From contig NC_042999.1 in NCBI RefSeq assembly GCF_006345805.1, positions 164,238,001-164,302,000 on the forward strand: a stretch of 64,000 nucleotides of DNA. Reading direction: 5' to 3'. Made by a program: the position numbers and the translations under genes. The notes under the pieces are model-generated. The model was not told where the DNA came from. It did not search any database and worked only from the letters and a program-made list of their open reading frames with translations. The DNA is from Octopus sinensis. Its lineage: Eukaryota. Positions 52,831-64,000 of the stretch are shown piece by piece (the first letter of the stretch is position 1; every line of letters begins with the position of its first letter).

Positions 52831-54479
52831 ATATATACATACAGATGTATATATAATACTTTCTGCTACAAGCACAAGGCCTGAAATTTTGGGAAAGGGG
52901 GGTTGATTGTTTATATTGACTCCCAGTGCTCACCTGGGATTCATTTATCGACCCTGGAAGGATGAAAGGCAAAGTTGTTCTTGGCAGAATTTGAACTCAG
53001 AATATGAAGATGGACAAAATGTTGCTTAGTGTCTTACCTGGCAGGATGACAATTCTGTCAGTTTGCTGCCTTAGAATATATATATATATAATGAATCAGG
53101 CATATTCTGCTGAATGTGTAATGTGCTGAATGTGCATGAATGCTAGAGTACAGAACAGCTGAGGAAAGAGCTGGATAAAAGAGGAATTAAATGTACTGGG
53201 CAAGAGAGGAAACAGACAGCGCTAAGTGATGTGTATAGAGAATGTTGATTGCATTAAAAGCAGTTCCTAGTGTTCTAAGTGGCTGGAATATATGGAAGAG
53301 GAAAGATGTAGGAAGACATACGATGATATGGTAGAGACTAATCTCAAGAGGCAGCAAGTCACAAGTGAGGTAACAAAAGACTGATGGATGGTGATATGTA
53401 GTGTTAAAGAAAACTTGTGCACTGATTGAAGCCTAGAAAAACATTCTGGTGATGTATGAGACTGACATAGGAGTCTTTTATCCAGTATGTTCCTGTTAAA
53501 TCTCCATCTTCTCTCATCTTTCTCTCTCTGTTAGCCTTTTATTTACTTTCTCTTTCACCATATGATGCTGCGTGATGGTGCTCATTGAGAGATGGTTATG
53601 GATTTGCTTGCAGCCATCATGCTTTTTTATAGCTAACCATCTTTCTCTCTCCCCATTGCACTCTTCCTTATACTCTGTTACTGATGTCAATCTCTCTCTC
53701 TCCCCCTCTCTCTCTCTATCTATCTATCTCCCACTCTCTCATGCACCCTTACCAGCATCTACTTTCATTACTTTTCATTTCTTGTTCTGTCTCTTATTAT
53801 CGGTCAAACAGGTGCTGTGATAAAGCACCGAGTACACTCTGTAAAGTGGTGGAATAAAGTATGGCATTAGACCATTGAAATCCCAAAGTAGGCGGTGGGG
53901 CAATAATGGGGTGGCCAAAAGTAGGCAATGGATGTAAAAAGAAAAGACACAAAATAATGAGTTAATTAGTTTAAGTTTTATTTGTGAAATACACAAATGC
54001 ACATATGACTTTGTGTACCACGGACAGACTGATTCTGAACATTCACACGATGTCTCATTAATAGCTTTCGACAGCACATCAGTTTTCTCATCTTCCAGCC
54101 AGCAATTATACTATTAACATTTTTCATTGTAAATAGTCAAAACAAAACATCATGTTTGGCAATAAATATTCAAGTTTAAGGTTTGTGAGTTTGCTTCAGT
54201 TATTATTCACGCAGCCATCAGCATTCCACACTACTACAGCACAACAATGGTGATGAAGCCATCCATTACGACTCTGACGACTCAGACATTTACAATATAT
54301 TATCATTGATCAGCTTAACACAAGCAACCCAGCAACCACACATCATCAACGGTCTGCACCAGTTGTCATCAATAATGTGGTTAAACAAGATGATATTCCT
54401 GCCCCAACTGTTTTTTCCATATATTTTGTCCTTACTGTCTTGTACTCTTTCCTGCACAATTGGCATCTATATTTGCTTC

Positions 54480-55290
54480 AGAGACACAAGTAAAGACTTT
54501 GATGCAACAATCTTCAATGCAAAATCCAAGATTTTTCAGACATCTTTTTTGTGAGCTACATTATGCTGAGAATTGTAGATCTCGTTCACACCGAAGAAGA
54601 CATGCAAGCGCTAATAGATATCATCTCTAGAGCATGAACTGCTTTTGGACATACTGAAAGTCTGAAGAAGATAGAGGACATGTCCTTTTCGCCTTCAGGC
54701 CAACGCTACATCGAACCTATCTTCTATGTCCAGATTAGATGCGATCGACTTTTCCGCCTATCTTGGCAGCACTCCCTCTAGAAATGGATCCCTTAAGTCT
54801 GAAATAAATCTGAGGATCGAAAATCACATGTGGTCTGGCAGAGGTATTACCTTCAAAACCAAGCCCAGCATCTACAAACCATGCATTTTAACTGCCCTTT
54901 AATACAGCATTCATCAGATAGAAGCTTTGGAAATATTTCATAAGGCTTGACTAAGTTGGTTCCTCTAACACCAGACACCGTTGTTCTTCTTACAATGCCA
55001 ACACATCCAGTATTGAGATACACCTCATACACAATCAGGTGTGCTGGGTTTGATACCTTACTAGGAAGGAGGATGACAAGTTACAAAAGAAGCCATTTTA
55101 TGGGAAGCTACAATGTGGTAAATGTCTGAGACATAAACTTAAGACACGTTTTAGGGATGTTGTCAAAAATACTTTTCAGGGTCTTAGTGTGGATGTTGAA
55201 AACTAGGAACAGATGACGGAAAATCAATCGGCTTTGAAAGGAAAGCAATTGCAATACAGTGAATTACATTATCTTCAAACGAGCACTTCG
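54480..55290 (+). pseudogene. Ancient RTE/BovB-like RT C-terminal remnant
   Basis: ELHYAE..SHTEEDMQ, YLGSTPS, RGITFKTK..IYK, RFRDVVK remnants in shifting frames. Confidence 0.55.
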
Positions 55291-55312
55291 TAAGCAGCAT
55301 TTGACTTTAACC

Positions 55313-55587
55313 CAGTGGTTTCCAAATATTTTCAGGCCACCCCTTGACACTCAGGCCATATTTCTAGTGCTCCCTCCCCACACTCACCACCACAAACATA
55401 GATCACTTTTTGTAGCAAATTCAAAACAACTGTATTTCACAAAATTTAACCTAACTCATTATTTTGTGTGGGTTTTTTTACATCCATTGCCTATTTTTTT
55501 GGCCACCCCATTATTGCCCCACTTTTCTCTGGATCTTTCTACTGCCCGCCCCCAACGTGGCAGCACTGCCTACTTTGGGAACCAAAG
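55313..55587. mobile_element. hAT/Charlie-type MITE
   Basis: CAGTGGTTTCCAAA ... TTTGGGAACCAAAG termini. Inverted partial sister copy at about 53873-53995. Confidence 0.65.
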
Positions 55588-55752
55588 CCTGAACATATGT
55601 GTAACACTTGCAGCAGAACCTCTTCATACAAAGAGAACTCATGACGGCATTTACAAACTGGAAAGATGACCTCCTTCTGCAGAGGAGTGCAATCACCATA
55701 CGTGCGTTCGTATGTATGTATGTATGTACAGGCATGACTGATGTATGCCTGC

Positions 55753-55759
<7 letters not shown>

Positions 55760-55829
<70 letters not shown>

Positions 55830-55890
55830 CATCTATCTATCTATCTATCAATCAATCTATCTATCTATCTATCTATCTATCAATCTATCT
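55760..55890. repeat. (TCTA)n microsatellite
   Basis: Direct reading. Confidence 0.95.
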
Positions 55891-56044
55891 ATATACACAC
55901 TTCATTTCACCTTGCTCCAGGTCACTCAGCTGGCAAAAATGAATAATCCTGCGATGGACCGACATCCTGTCCAATGAAGAATATATGTCACAGGAGCCGG
56001 TCCCATGAGCTTATGACTCAGGAAAGATCTTTATCCTTCGTTGT

Positions 56045-56420
56045 TGCAGTGGGGTCTGAGGCTTGGACACTGACCAAGAAATTCACTCAGAAGATGGACG
56101 GGTGCTACACGAGAATGCTAAGGACAGCTATGAACATTAACCAGTATACACTGAGGACGAAGAACTCAGAGCTGTATGAGAGGCTCCCAATAGACAGCTC
56201 GAAAATAACAGAGGAGACTGAGGTTCGCTGGGCATGCTCACTGTCATTCAGAGTTGACACTGCACTGAGTGCTCCTGTGGAAGCCCCTACACGGACACAC
56301 AAGAAGAAGGAGATTGAAGATGACATATGTGGATGCCCTAAGGACGCACACAAGTCTCTGGGAGACACAGGACATAGCAGCCATCATGAGGGATAAAGTC
56401 CGCTGGAGAGAACTCGTCCA
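56045..56420 (+). pseudogene. RTE-clade RT C-terminal fragment, further family
   Basis: GSEAWTLTKK...DGCYTRMLR, and LLWKP.HG...TYVD.L...MRD...WR. Confidence 0.7.
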
Positions 56421-58719
56421 TAGATCTCAGGAATTTTACCTGCCCTATGTGTGCGCATGCGCGCGCGTGTATGTATGTGTCTTTGCATTTTGTGTTATAT
56501 TTAGAAGTGATACACGTTACAAGAATTTATGATTGGCTAGCTGGTACATAGAGTCTTATAAAAGAAGTAATAATATTTTGAAAGCATTTAATACGCCCGT
56601 TTTAGATAATTGCAACAGATTAAAAAAGGAAATTTCATCTCTTATGAAAAATCTTACTCAGTTTACACATATCAAAATATTTTGATGTCTTAACTGAGTA
56701 AGAATTTACGTAAGAGATGAAATCTCATTTTGTATATTGCGTAATTATTTGAAACGTACGTATTAAATGCATTCAAAATATCATTACTTAGTTTTACTTC
56801 ACTTATGTGTATACACACGCACACACGTAGTAGTACCTATCATCACCCCGTCTATGGGTTAAATGGATTTCCCAGGAATAGAGGTGGCTACAATTATTTT
56901 TTCAAGCCGTGGGGAAGGCAGCTCTCCTAGGAGAAAGATACTCTCACAAAACTTGCTGTCAAAATAGTACCAGTCACTGGAACCTACTATGTCAGTGGAA
57001 CCTACTACGGCGACCAAGAATGTGGCAAATGTGTTGTATAAATCGATTGACGTATAGCTCTCTTACTATCATTTCATTTTTTGATCCGTTTTGTATTTTA
57101 TAAAAATCTTATGGCGATGTTATAGGGACCATGCGATGCGGGGTGACGAGCATGGCTCTTTAATACATCACATGGTCGATGCAATAAATATATAATTTGA
57201 ATAGTATATATAAGTGCCAGAGAGAAAATGGAGACACAACCGTGTAGAATGATTTAGAGAAGGTTTATTGATATAATAACATGTGTCCGTGTATGCATCA
57301 TGGATAGAGAATAATAGACAGGCCGTTGTGGGGAAAAAAGTTTATGCGTGTATAGGCTTGGATGTGTGTGCGTGTTGTGTACATTTAAGGATGGTGATAA
57401 ATAGACAGTGAAAGAGTCCATAAAGATATGTGAGAAGAATGTTCATAGACACAAGTAAGATAAGTAATATCAGTACATCGTCATTAGTACACGGTAGTTG
57501 AAATACTGTATCAAGAGGTTGCGGCCATAATGCTGAGCTGGTTGCAGGTACATGTCGTACGTGAAGTCGTGACTGTGATGCTGCTGCCTGGGTCACTTGC
57601 AGGTTGTATATTTGCTGTTGATCCATGGTGAAGTAATTCACGAACAGAGAAGTATTAGAACCTGGGTGAGTTACTTACTGAGTTGTGTACGTAGAGAGAT
57701 GATGTTGACGACGTTAAGAAGATGATGGTGGCAACAAAGACGGAGGTTGCCGTAATGCTGTTGGACGAAGTTGGTAAGTCTCAACGTGGCTGCTGTGGGG
57801 TTGTCGCTGGAACTGGCAGTGTCTATGTGGCCAGTGGTCAGGAACCAAATACGAGTATTAAGGAAACAACTAGGTTTTTTTAGAAAGTACTAGGCTTAAA
57901 ATAGGGTTTGAAAAAGCTGTTCTCATGATGCTATCTAAAGTGTCTGACTGGCAATCTATAGTCAATTGGCACCACACAGTAGCAGACAAATTGCGCCAAC
58001 ACCAACCAACCAGAGCAGTGGACATAACGGGATACAAACAGTGGCCAAAAGCCAGGTGGTCCCTACTACGTTCAAATGCACGTGTATATAGAGTCTACGC
58101 TACAATGCATAACTGCGCTCGTGTAAGGTTGAAAGTAAATCAGAATGATCAAGTTGAATGTGAAATGGTTTTATCTGACCAGAAGAGGCAATCCTCCCCC
58201 ATTCCCCACACAACAAAAACCGCGGTTATTCTGATATTTCATTGCACAGATTTTAGGAATGTGTCTTGCGCATAAGTACATATACACGAATAAATACAGT
58301 ATATTAATTATTCAGGCTCACAAGTTTTCTCACACCAGTTGCATACACAAGAATGAACAGAACAATTGTATTTATTCATTTCCGTTGCACCTTTAACACC
58401 ATTTAATATTTACATAACTATAGCAAGTTAATTATCCAACAATTTGCTGTGTTCAGTATCATATTCCATTTCACTTGCTTTGCATATGCAATTTTGTTCC
58501 TGGGTGGTAATACCTATTATATAGCTGGATGTCTTCAAGTTTTATTCGAATGAGAGAAGACAGCGCACCATCTACCTTACGAAATGACATACTTGAAGTT
58601 TTGTAATAGAATACTTTACCGTTACGTAACAATGCCCTCGATGGGCAGGCTTTGATACATCCAAAAGCATGCGAAGTAAAGTTTGTTTTTGTATTCTCTT
58701 CATTGTTTAGTAGTAATTG

Positions 58720-60050
58720 CAGATTAGATTAGTGCTGCAACAGGGGTTAGCAACCGTTATCTCAGCCTATGCCTCTCAGCCGGGGCTACCTCCGACATAG
58801 AAAGACCAATTTTATGACACCCTCTTGCAGACTACCTCCTCGGCGAAGGCCAGGGACCTCATCTTTGTGGCTGGCGACTTCAATGGACATGTTGGACAAC
58901 ATGCCGGGGGCTTTCATGGTGTATATGGAGGCTATGGTTTTGGTTCCCGCAATGAGGAGAGAACCAGGTTCCTGGAGTTATGCGATGCAATGATCTTGTG
59001 GCTTGTAATACTAACTTCAGGAATCCTGTCAGTCACCTACCGATCTGGTAGATATACTTGTCAAATTGACCTCATCCTTACCAGGAAATGGGAAAGATGG
59101 CTATTATAAATGCCAAAACCGTCTCAGATGAAGAATGCACCACACAACATAGATTAGTAGTTAGCGACTTCAGGATCAGGGCTAAATGGATGCCCAGAAG
59201 ACGACCAGCATGGAGGAGAAGGGTCTGGAAGCTTAAGGATCCTGCAAATGGACAGAGATTTAGAGACGTATTACTTGAAGCCTTTGACGAAATAGAGGGG
59301 AATATAGGATCACATGACATGGAAGACAACTGGAAGTTTCTATGGGACAACCTGTTGAGGGCTACTGACCAGATCTGTGGATGGGGCAAAGTCCCCTCTC
59401 AACCCAAGGGAACGTTGTGGTGAAACAATGTAGTTGACAAGGCCATTAAGAAAAAGAAACAGGCATGGAAGGACTGGAAGAATGGTGGTAGCAGGGAATT
59501 GTATCAGACTGCCAGAGGCTAGGAGACAGGTTTATTTAGCCAGAGGAAAAGCAGATAAAAAGTTTGCCAATGTTCTGCGTAGTGAGGACCAAAGACTTGA
59601 GGAGTTTTGTGTGAGGGAGGATTGTGATGTCATAGGAGAGAAATGTGTCTGCATGGATGACGGCTCACTTGCATTTAATGAGGCTGCAACAGAGGGACCA
59701 CCTATCCGAATTGACAGTACCTCAGTAGATAAAGCAATTAAAGGTATGAAGACAGGGAAAGACCCCGGCCCATCAGGAATCACCGCAGATTCTAGTTACC
59801 CATATAGATAATCAGGTAATACATGAAGGAGTCATACCCAATGGCTGGTGTAGCAGTACCATGGTCATATTCTACAAAGGTAAAGATGATGCATTAGATA
59901 CAAATAATTACAGAGGTAACAAGTTAATGGATCAACTAATTAGGGAGGGAGACAGTCTAGACGAGATGCAGTTTGGCTTTGTGCCAGGGGAAAGCACCAG
60001 TGATGCTATATTTCTGGTAAGAAAGCTGCAGGAGAAATAACAAGCCATAG
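58720..60050 (+). mobile_element. RTE LINE fragment (APE to start of RT) with internal deletions
   Basis: VAGDFNGHVG, GYGFGSRNEE, QIDLIL, QHRLVVSDF, MKTGKDPGPSGIT, QFGFVPG. Cut at about 60050 by a PLE fragment. Confidence 0.85.
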
Positions 60051-60690
60051 AACAGATGCAACAATCAGACAAATTACAGAAGCTACACACATAATAGAAA
60101 ATAAACCTAGCCTGAATAGGAAACTAGAATGGAACACTAGCACACACCACAACATATGACGATAGAGGATCCCGAAAACATAATAAATACACAGATAAAT
60201 AAACAAATATAAATGAATAACTATATAAGTTGTTTTTTTTATTTATTATTATTATTGCTAGTATTATTGTTATGCATACATACAAGCATATGTAATGATA
60301 ATAATAAGTGGATGTAAACACATGAATAAAAATAAGAATAAACAAAAACAACAACAACAAAAACAAAAACAAATTACATGGACATATATAAACAGAAGAT
60401 ACAAATATTACAGGCATCCCCCCCACACACACACTAAATAAACATAGACGCACATAGAGATATAAGCATGCGCAAATGAAGACATACAATAGAAATACAA
60501 AATGGCTGACGGTTAGTAAGGAGAGACACAAATAAGAAAGATGAAAACAAAGGACCACTGATGCGGTCACAGGAGTGTGACGAAAGAACCCTGGCTGAAA
60601 TAAGATTAAGATTAATGTAAAAAATAAATAACACTGAAGCAAAGTAACACCAAATATATAGTGCGTGTGTTTTTATTGGCTAAACTGGCA
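60050..60690 (+). mobile_element. Penelope-like element 3' fragment
   Basis: TDATIRQITEATHIIENKPSLNRKLEW* fits the GIY-YIG C-terminal RxIxEAxxI....PxLN motif. Followed by an A-rich UTR and a hammerhead motif. Confidence 0.75.
60555..60594 (+). ncRNA. Degenerate or variant type I hammerhead motif
   Basis: CCA CTGATGC G GTCACA GGAG TGTGAC GAAA GAAC CC TGG. Perfect 6-bp stem II, A9>C and U16.1>C changes. Confidence 0.55.
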
Positions 60691-60915
60691 ATATGACCAT
60701 TCCTAAATATAACAATATATATATGTATATATGTATATATGTATACATAGATATATACATATATACACATATATATATACATACATATATACACATATAC
60801 ATATATATATATATATATACACACACACATATATATACACATATATACATGCATATAGATATACACATATGCATATATATATATATATATATATACATAT
60901 TAATATGCTTACATA

Positions 60916-60955
<40 letters not shown>

Positions 60956-60972
60956 CATATATATATATACAT

Positions 60973-61003
<31 letters not shown>

Positions 61004-61257
61004 CATATATATACTATAATATATATATATTCATATATTCATAGGTAGATGTAAATACTTACATCTACACGTATATACATACATACACACACACACACAC
61101 ACACCACACACACACACACACACATATGCATATATGGGCACAGGATGTCATGAAACGTGTACAACAAAAAATACGAAGTACGATTACATGGAATATGAAC
61201 TTTTTTTTTGGAGAACGAAATACACAAATGGAAAACAAGACAAGCAACATAAAGACG

Positions 61258-61319
61258 ACCCTTCATCCCTTGTTGCTGATTTCTACTCTCGTATTTCGAG
61301 CATTTAACAACAATATACG
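61258..61319 (-). ncRNA. Candidate non-circularly permuted hammerhead ribozyme (core CT>GG in this copy)
   Basis: CGTA TA TTGTTG TTAAAT GCTC GAAA TACG AGAGTAGAAATCAG CAACAA GGGATGA A GGGT. Stems III, I and II all pair, in a non-canonical strand order. Confidence 0.55.
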
Positions 61320-61424
61320 CTTTCGATAAAACAGTTCCTCCCGCAAAGCAAATTAAATAAAATTTGAGATTTTGCGGGGGGTCGAAATTGGTAACACAAA
61401 CAGGACAGTGAAAACGAACAGGAA

Positions 61425-61775
61425 GGGCTGGAGCACCGCCTTTACTCGAGCAAATCGACCCCAGGACATATCTTTGTAAGCCTCGTACCTATTCTATCAG
61501 CCTCTATTTTCCGAACCGCTAAGTTACTGGGACGTAAACACACCAGCATCGGTTGTCAAGTGATGTTGATGGGACAAACAGACACAAACACACACATACA
61601 CACATATATGTATATACGACGGGCTTCTTTCAGTTTCCGTCTACCAAATCCACTCACAAGGCTTTGGTCGGACCGAGGCTATAGTAGAAAACACTTGCCC
61701 AAGGTGTCACGCAGTGGGACTGAACCAGAACCATGTGGTTGGTAAGCAAGCTAGTTACCACACAGCCACTCCTGT
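61425..61775 (-). mobile_element. tRNA-derived SINE (3'-truncated)
   Basis: Reverse complement of the 21555 family. Confidence 0.85.
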
Positions 61776-61777
61776 CC

Positions 61778-61901
<124 letters not shown>

Positions 61902-61952
61902 ATACACACACACACTCACGCACTCATATATATATACATACATGTATATGCA

Positions 61953-62160
61953 TAGCTGGCAGAAACGCTAGCGCGCCGGGCGAAAGGCTTAGCAGTATTT
62001 CGTCTGTCGTTACATTCTGAGTTCAAATTCCGCCAAGGTCGACTTTGCTTTCATCCTTTCGGGGTGGATAAATAAAGTAACAGTTTCGCTCTGGGTCGAT
62101 GTAATCGACTGTCCTTGTTTGTCCCCTCTATGTTTAGCCCCCTGTGGGCAGTAAAGAAAT
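61953..62160 (+). mobile_element. tRNA-derived SINE with Nin/Deu-like domain
   Basis: gagttcaaattccgcc..ggtcgactttgctttcatcctttcggggt.gataaa. Confidence 0.75.
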
Positions 62161-62167
62161 ATATATA

Positions 62168-62203
<36 letters not shown>

Positions 62204-62271
62204 TACATATATATACATACATATTCATACATATATATACATATACAGACATATATACACACATATATATA

Positions 62272-62530
62272 TATATATATTATATGTAGAAAAATACAAA
62301 CTGGGACAAGAACGTAAAACATTTAGAAGACGATACAAAAAACACGGACGGGACATTCGAAGCCTTCAATCTTCAGTCAAGAACCGGATCATCCTAGCAA
62401 TTTCGGAGGATGATCCGGTTCTTGACTGAAGATTGAAGGCTTCGAATGTCCCGTCCGTGTTTTTTGTATCGTCTTCTAAATGTTTTACGTTCTTGTCCCA
62501 GTTTGTATTTTTCTACATATAATATATATA
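62272..62530. repeat. Perfect 124-bp inverted repeat with 11-nt loop (PLE-style inverted end)
   Basis: 62272-62395 is the exact reverse complement of 62407-62530. Loop agcaatttcgg. Confidence 0.95.
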
Positions 62531-63199
62531 GCGACGTCCGTACCCTCGTTGGCCTTATGTAAGTATATATATATATTATCCAGCATGGTATCTGAAAATT
62601 CTCCTTGTTGCCAGGCATGTCTTTAAGGTTGTCAGTGTAGTTGGCGACAACCCAACCATACAACAAGGTTGTGCTAGGTTGCATGTTACCGGTAGCATTC
62701 AAAAGTGACTTGAGTTTTAGACACCCTGCGGGATGAAAAGCCAGCCCCGTTAAAAAGCAGGTGGACGGATGCATGAAAGTGAATGGATATCCATTTGTGA
62801 GTAATTATGCTTGATTCGAATCTCTCCTGAGTTTTATGTGTTCTTTGGTGGGAAAAACGCTATGAGAGTTGATACTGTGAAACCAAACCTGTAGTTAATG
62901 TGGTTTCCAGTTATCATGCAATGCTTGTCATAGGATTCTAGTTACTCATACATAGGGAGTAGGATACTTCATGTACAATTATGTCATTTGAGCTCAATGA
63001 CGTACAGATATCTTATTTTGTCTGGTCCATAGTCAGTTTGTTAAAGTTCTGTGGTGAGGAGTGACAACAAAATCTTTTGCAGAGGACACAGCATGAGGAG
63101 TAGTAGAAGTGTAGTGTCATTGACTATTATTATATTTATAGTTATATATATAACTTCCAGAATTTAAACAAACGGAAAATTCACACATGCAATGTCGCT

Positions 63200-63263
63200 C
63201 ATTCCTCGTCAGTTATCGTCCAAAAAATCCTTATAATTCCATGCCTTTAACGATAATATTGTT
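63200..63263 (-). ncRNA. Second, more degenerate permuted hammerhead-like motif
   Basis: AACAA TA TTATCGT TAAAG GCAT GGAA TTAT AAGGATTTTTTGG ACGATAA CTGACGA GGAATG. Same strand order and similar linkers as 61258-61319. Confidence 0.4.
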
Positions 63264-64000
63264 CACTTTTGGTGGAGTCAACAAAAGCTGCCGAGAATAT
63301 TGAGCGAGCGTTGGGGACAACGATGAAAAGAAACATGGCACAAATGTGAATTTAAAAACAAAATAAAATAAACATTCAATATACGGACGAAATAAGGCGA
63401 ATGAGTAGGCAGAGGGGAAAATGTCCTGTAGGACTGAAAACGGATAAGGGGATGGATGGAAAACCCAGATCGAAAAATGAAAAAAAAAACAACCATGTTG
63501 AAAGTAGAAAAGGGAGCAAGAGAAACGTGACTGAACGAGTCAGCGGTCAGGCGGAAACGGAAGTAAGAGAGGGAAAGGGTCACGAGTCACGTGGCAGTGG
63601 AAGAAGAAATAAAAATGTGAGACAGAAGTAAGTTGGTGAGAGAGGGGAGGAGAGAAAGAGAGAGGAAACGTCTATTTCTTTCTTTCTCCTTCCCCCCTCT
63701 TACCAACGTACCCGTCTTTTGCCCTCCCCTCTCTCACCAATTTACCTCTCTGCTGCTTTCTGTTTCCCTACCCTCCACCACTTTTCCCCCTCTCCATCCA
63801 CTACCACGTGACCATTCCTATCTCCCTTCTTCCATTTCTTTTTTCGCCTGACTTGCTGACTCGTTCTCTCACCTTTATCTCACTTTCTTTTCTACTTTCA
63901 AAATGGTTTTCTTTTTCGCCTTTCCTTCTCTTTTTCCATCTGATGCGGTCATTCGTTTGGTTGCACGTTTCTGAAAAGTTTCCGGGTGATTGATATGCTG

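Noticed and set aside
60612-61019. YI/CV/HT-rich ORFs here and at 18801-19210, 40547-40957 and 51369-51968
   Set aside because: Pure microsatellite translations.

Overview
Eukaryotic, AT-rich, repeat-saturated genomic DNA. The SINE/RTE families and (GAT)n, (AAT)n and (ACAT)n microsatellites look cephalopod (octopus-like); that assignment is inference. I can support no intact host gene, only one weak candidate exon near 604-714. Nearly all ORFs in the track come from microsatellites or decayed transposons. The window holds several RTE-clade LINE families (one with a 61-62 bp minisatellite in its 3' UTR), CR1-like and Hero-like LINE remnants, three tRNA-derived SINE families, mariner, maT/Tc1, pogo and Chapaev3 fossils, piggyBac-, hAT- and TA-type MITEs, long foldbacks and a 1514 bp tandem duplication. 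The most interesting signal is RNA structure. There are five type I hammerhead ribozyme motifs of the Penelope-like (PLE) kind. A CPEB3/HDV-like ribozyme fold starts at the 5' end of a short TSD-flanked element. Three related segments at 61-63 kb appear to encode hammerheads whose three strands are in a non-circularly permuted order. All structures were paired by eye and none was tested; several copies carry core mutations.
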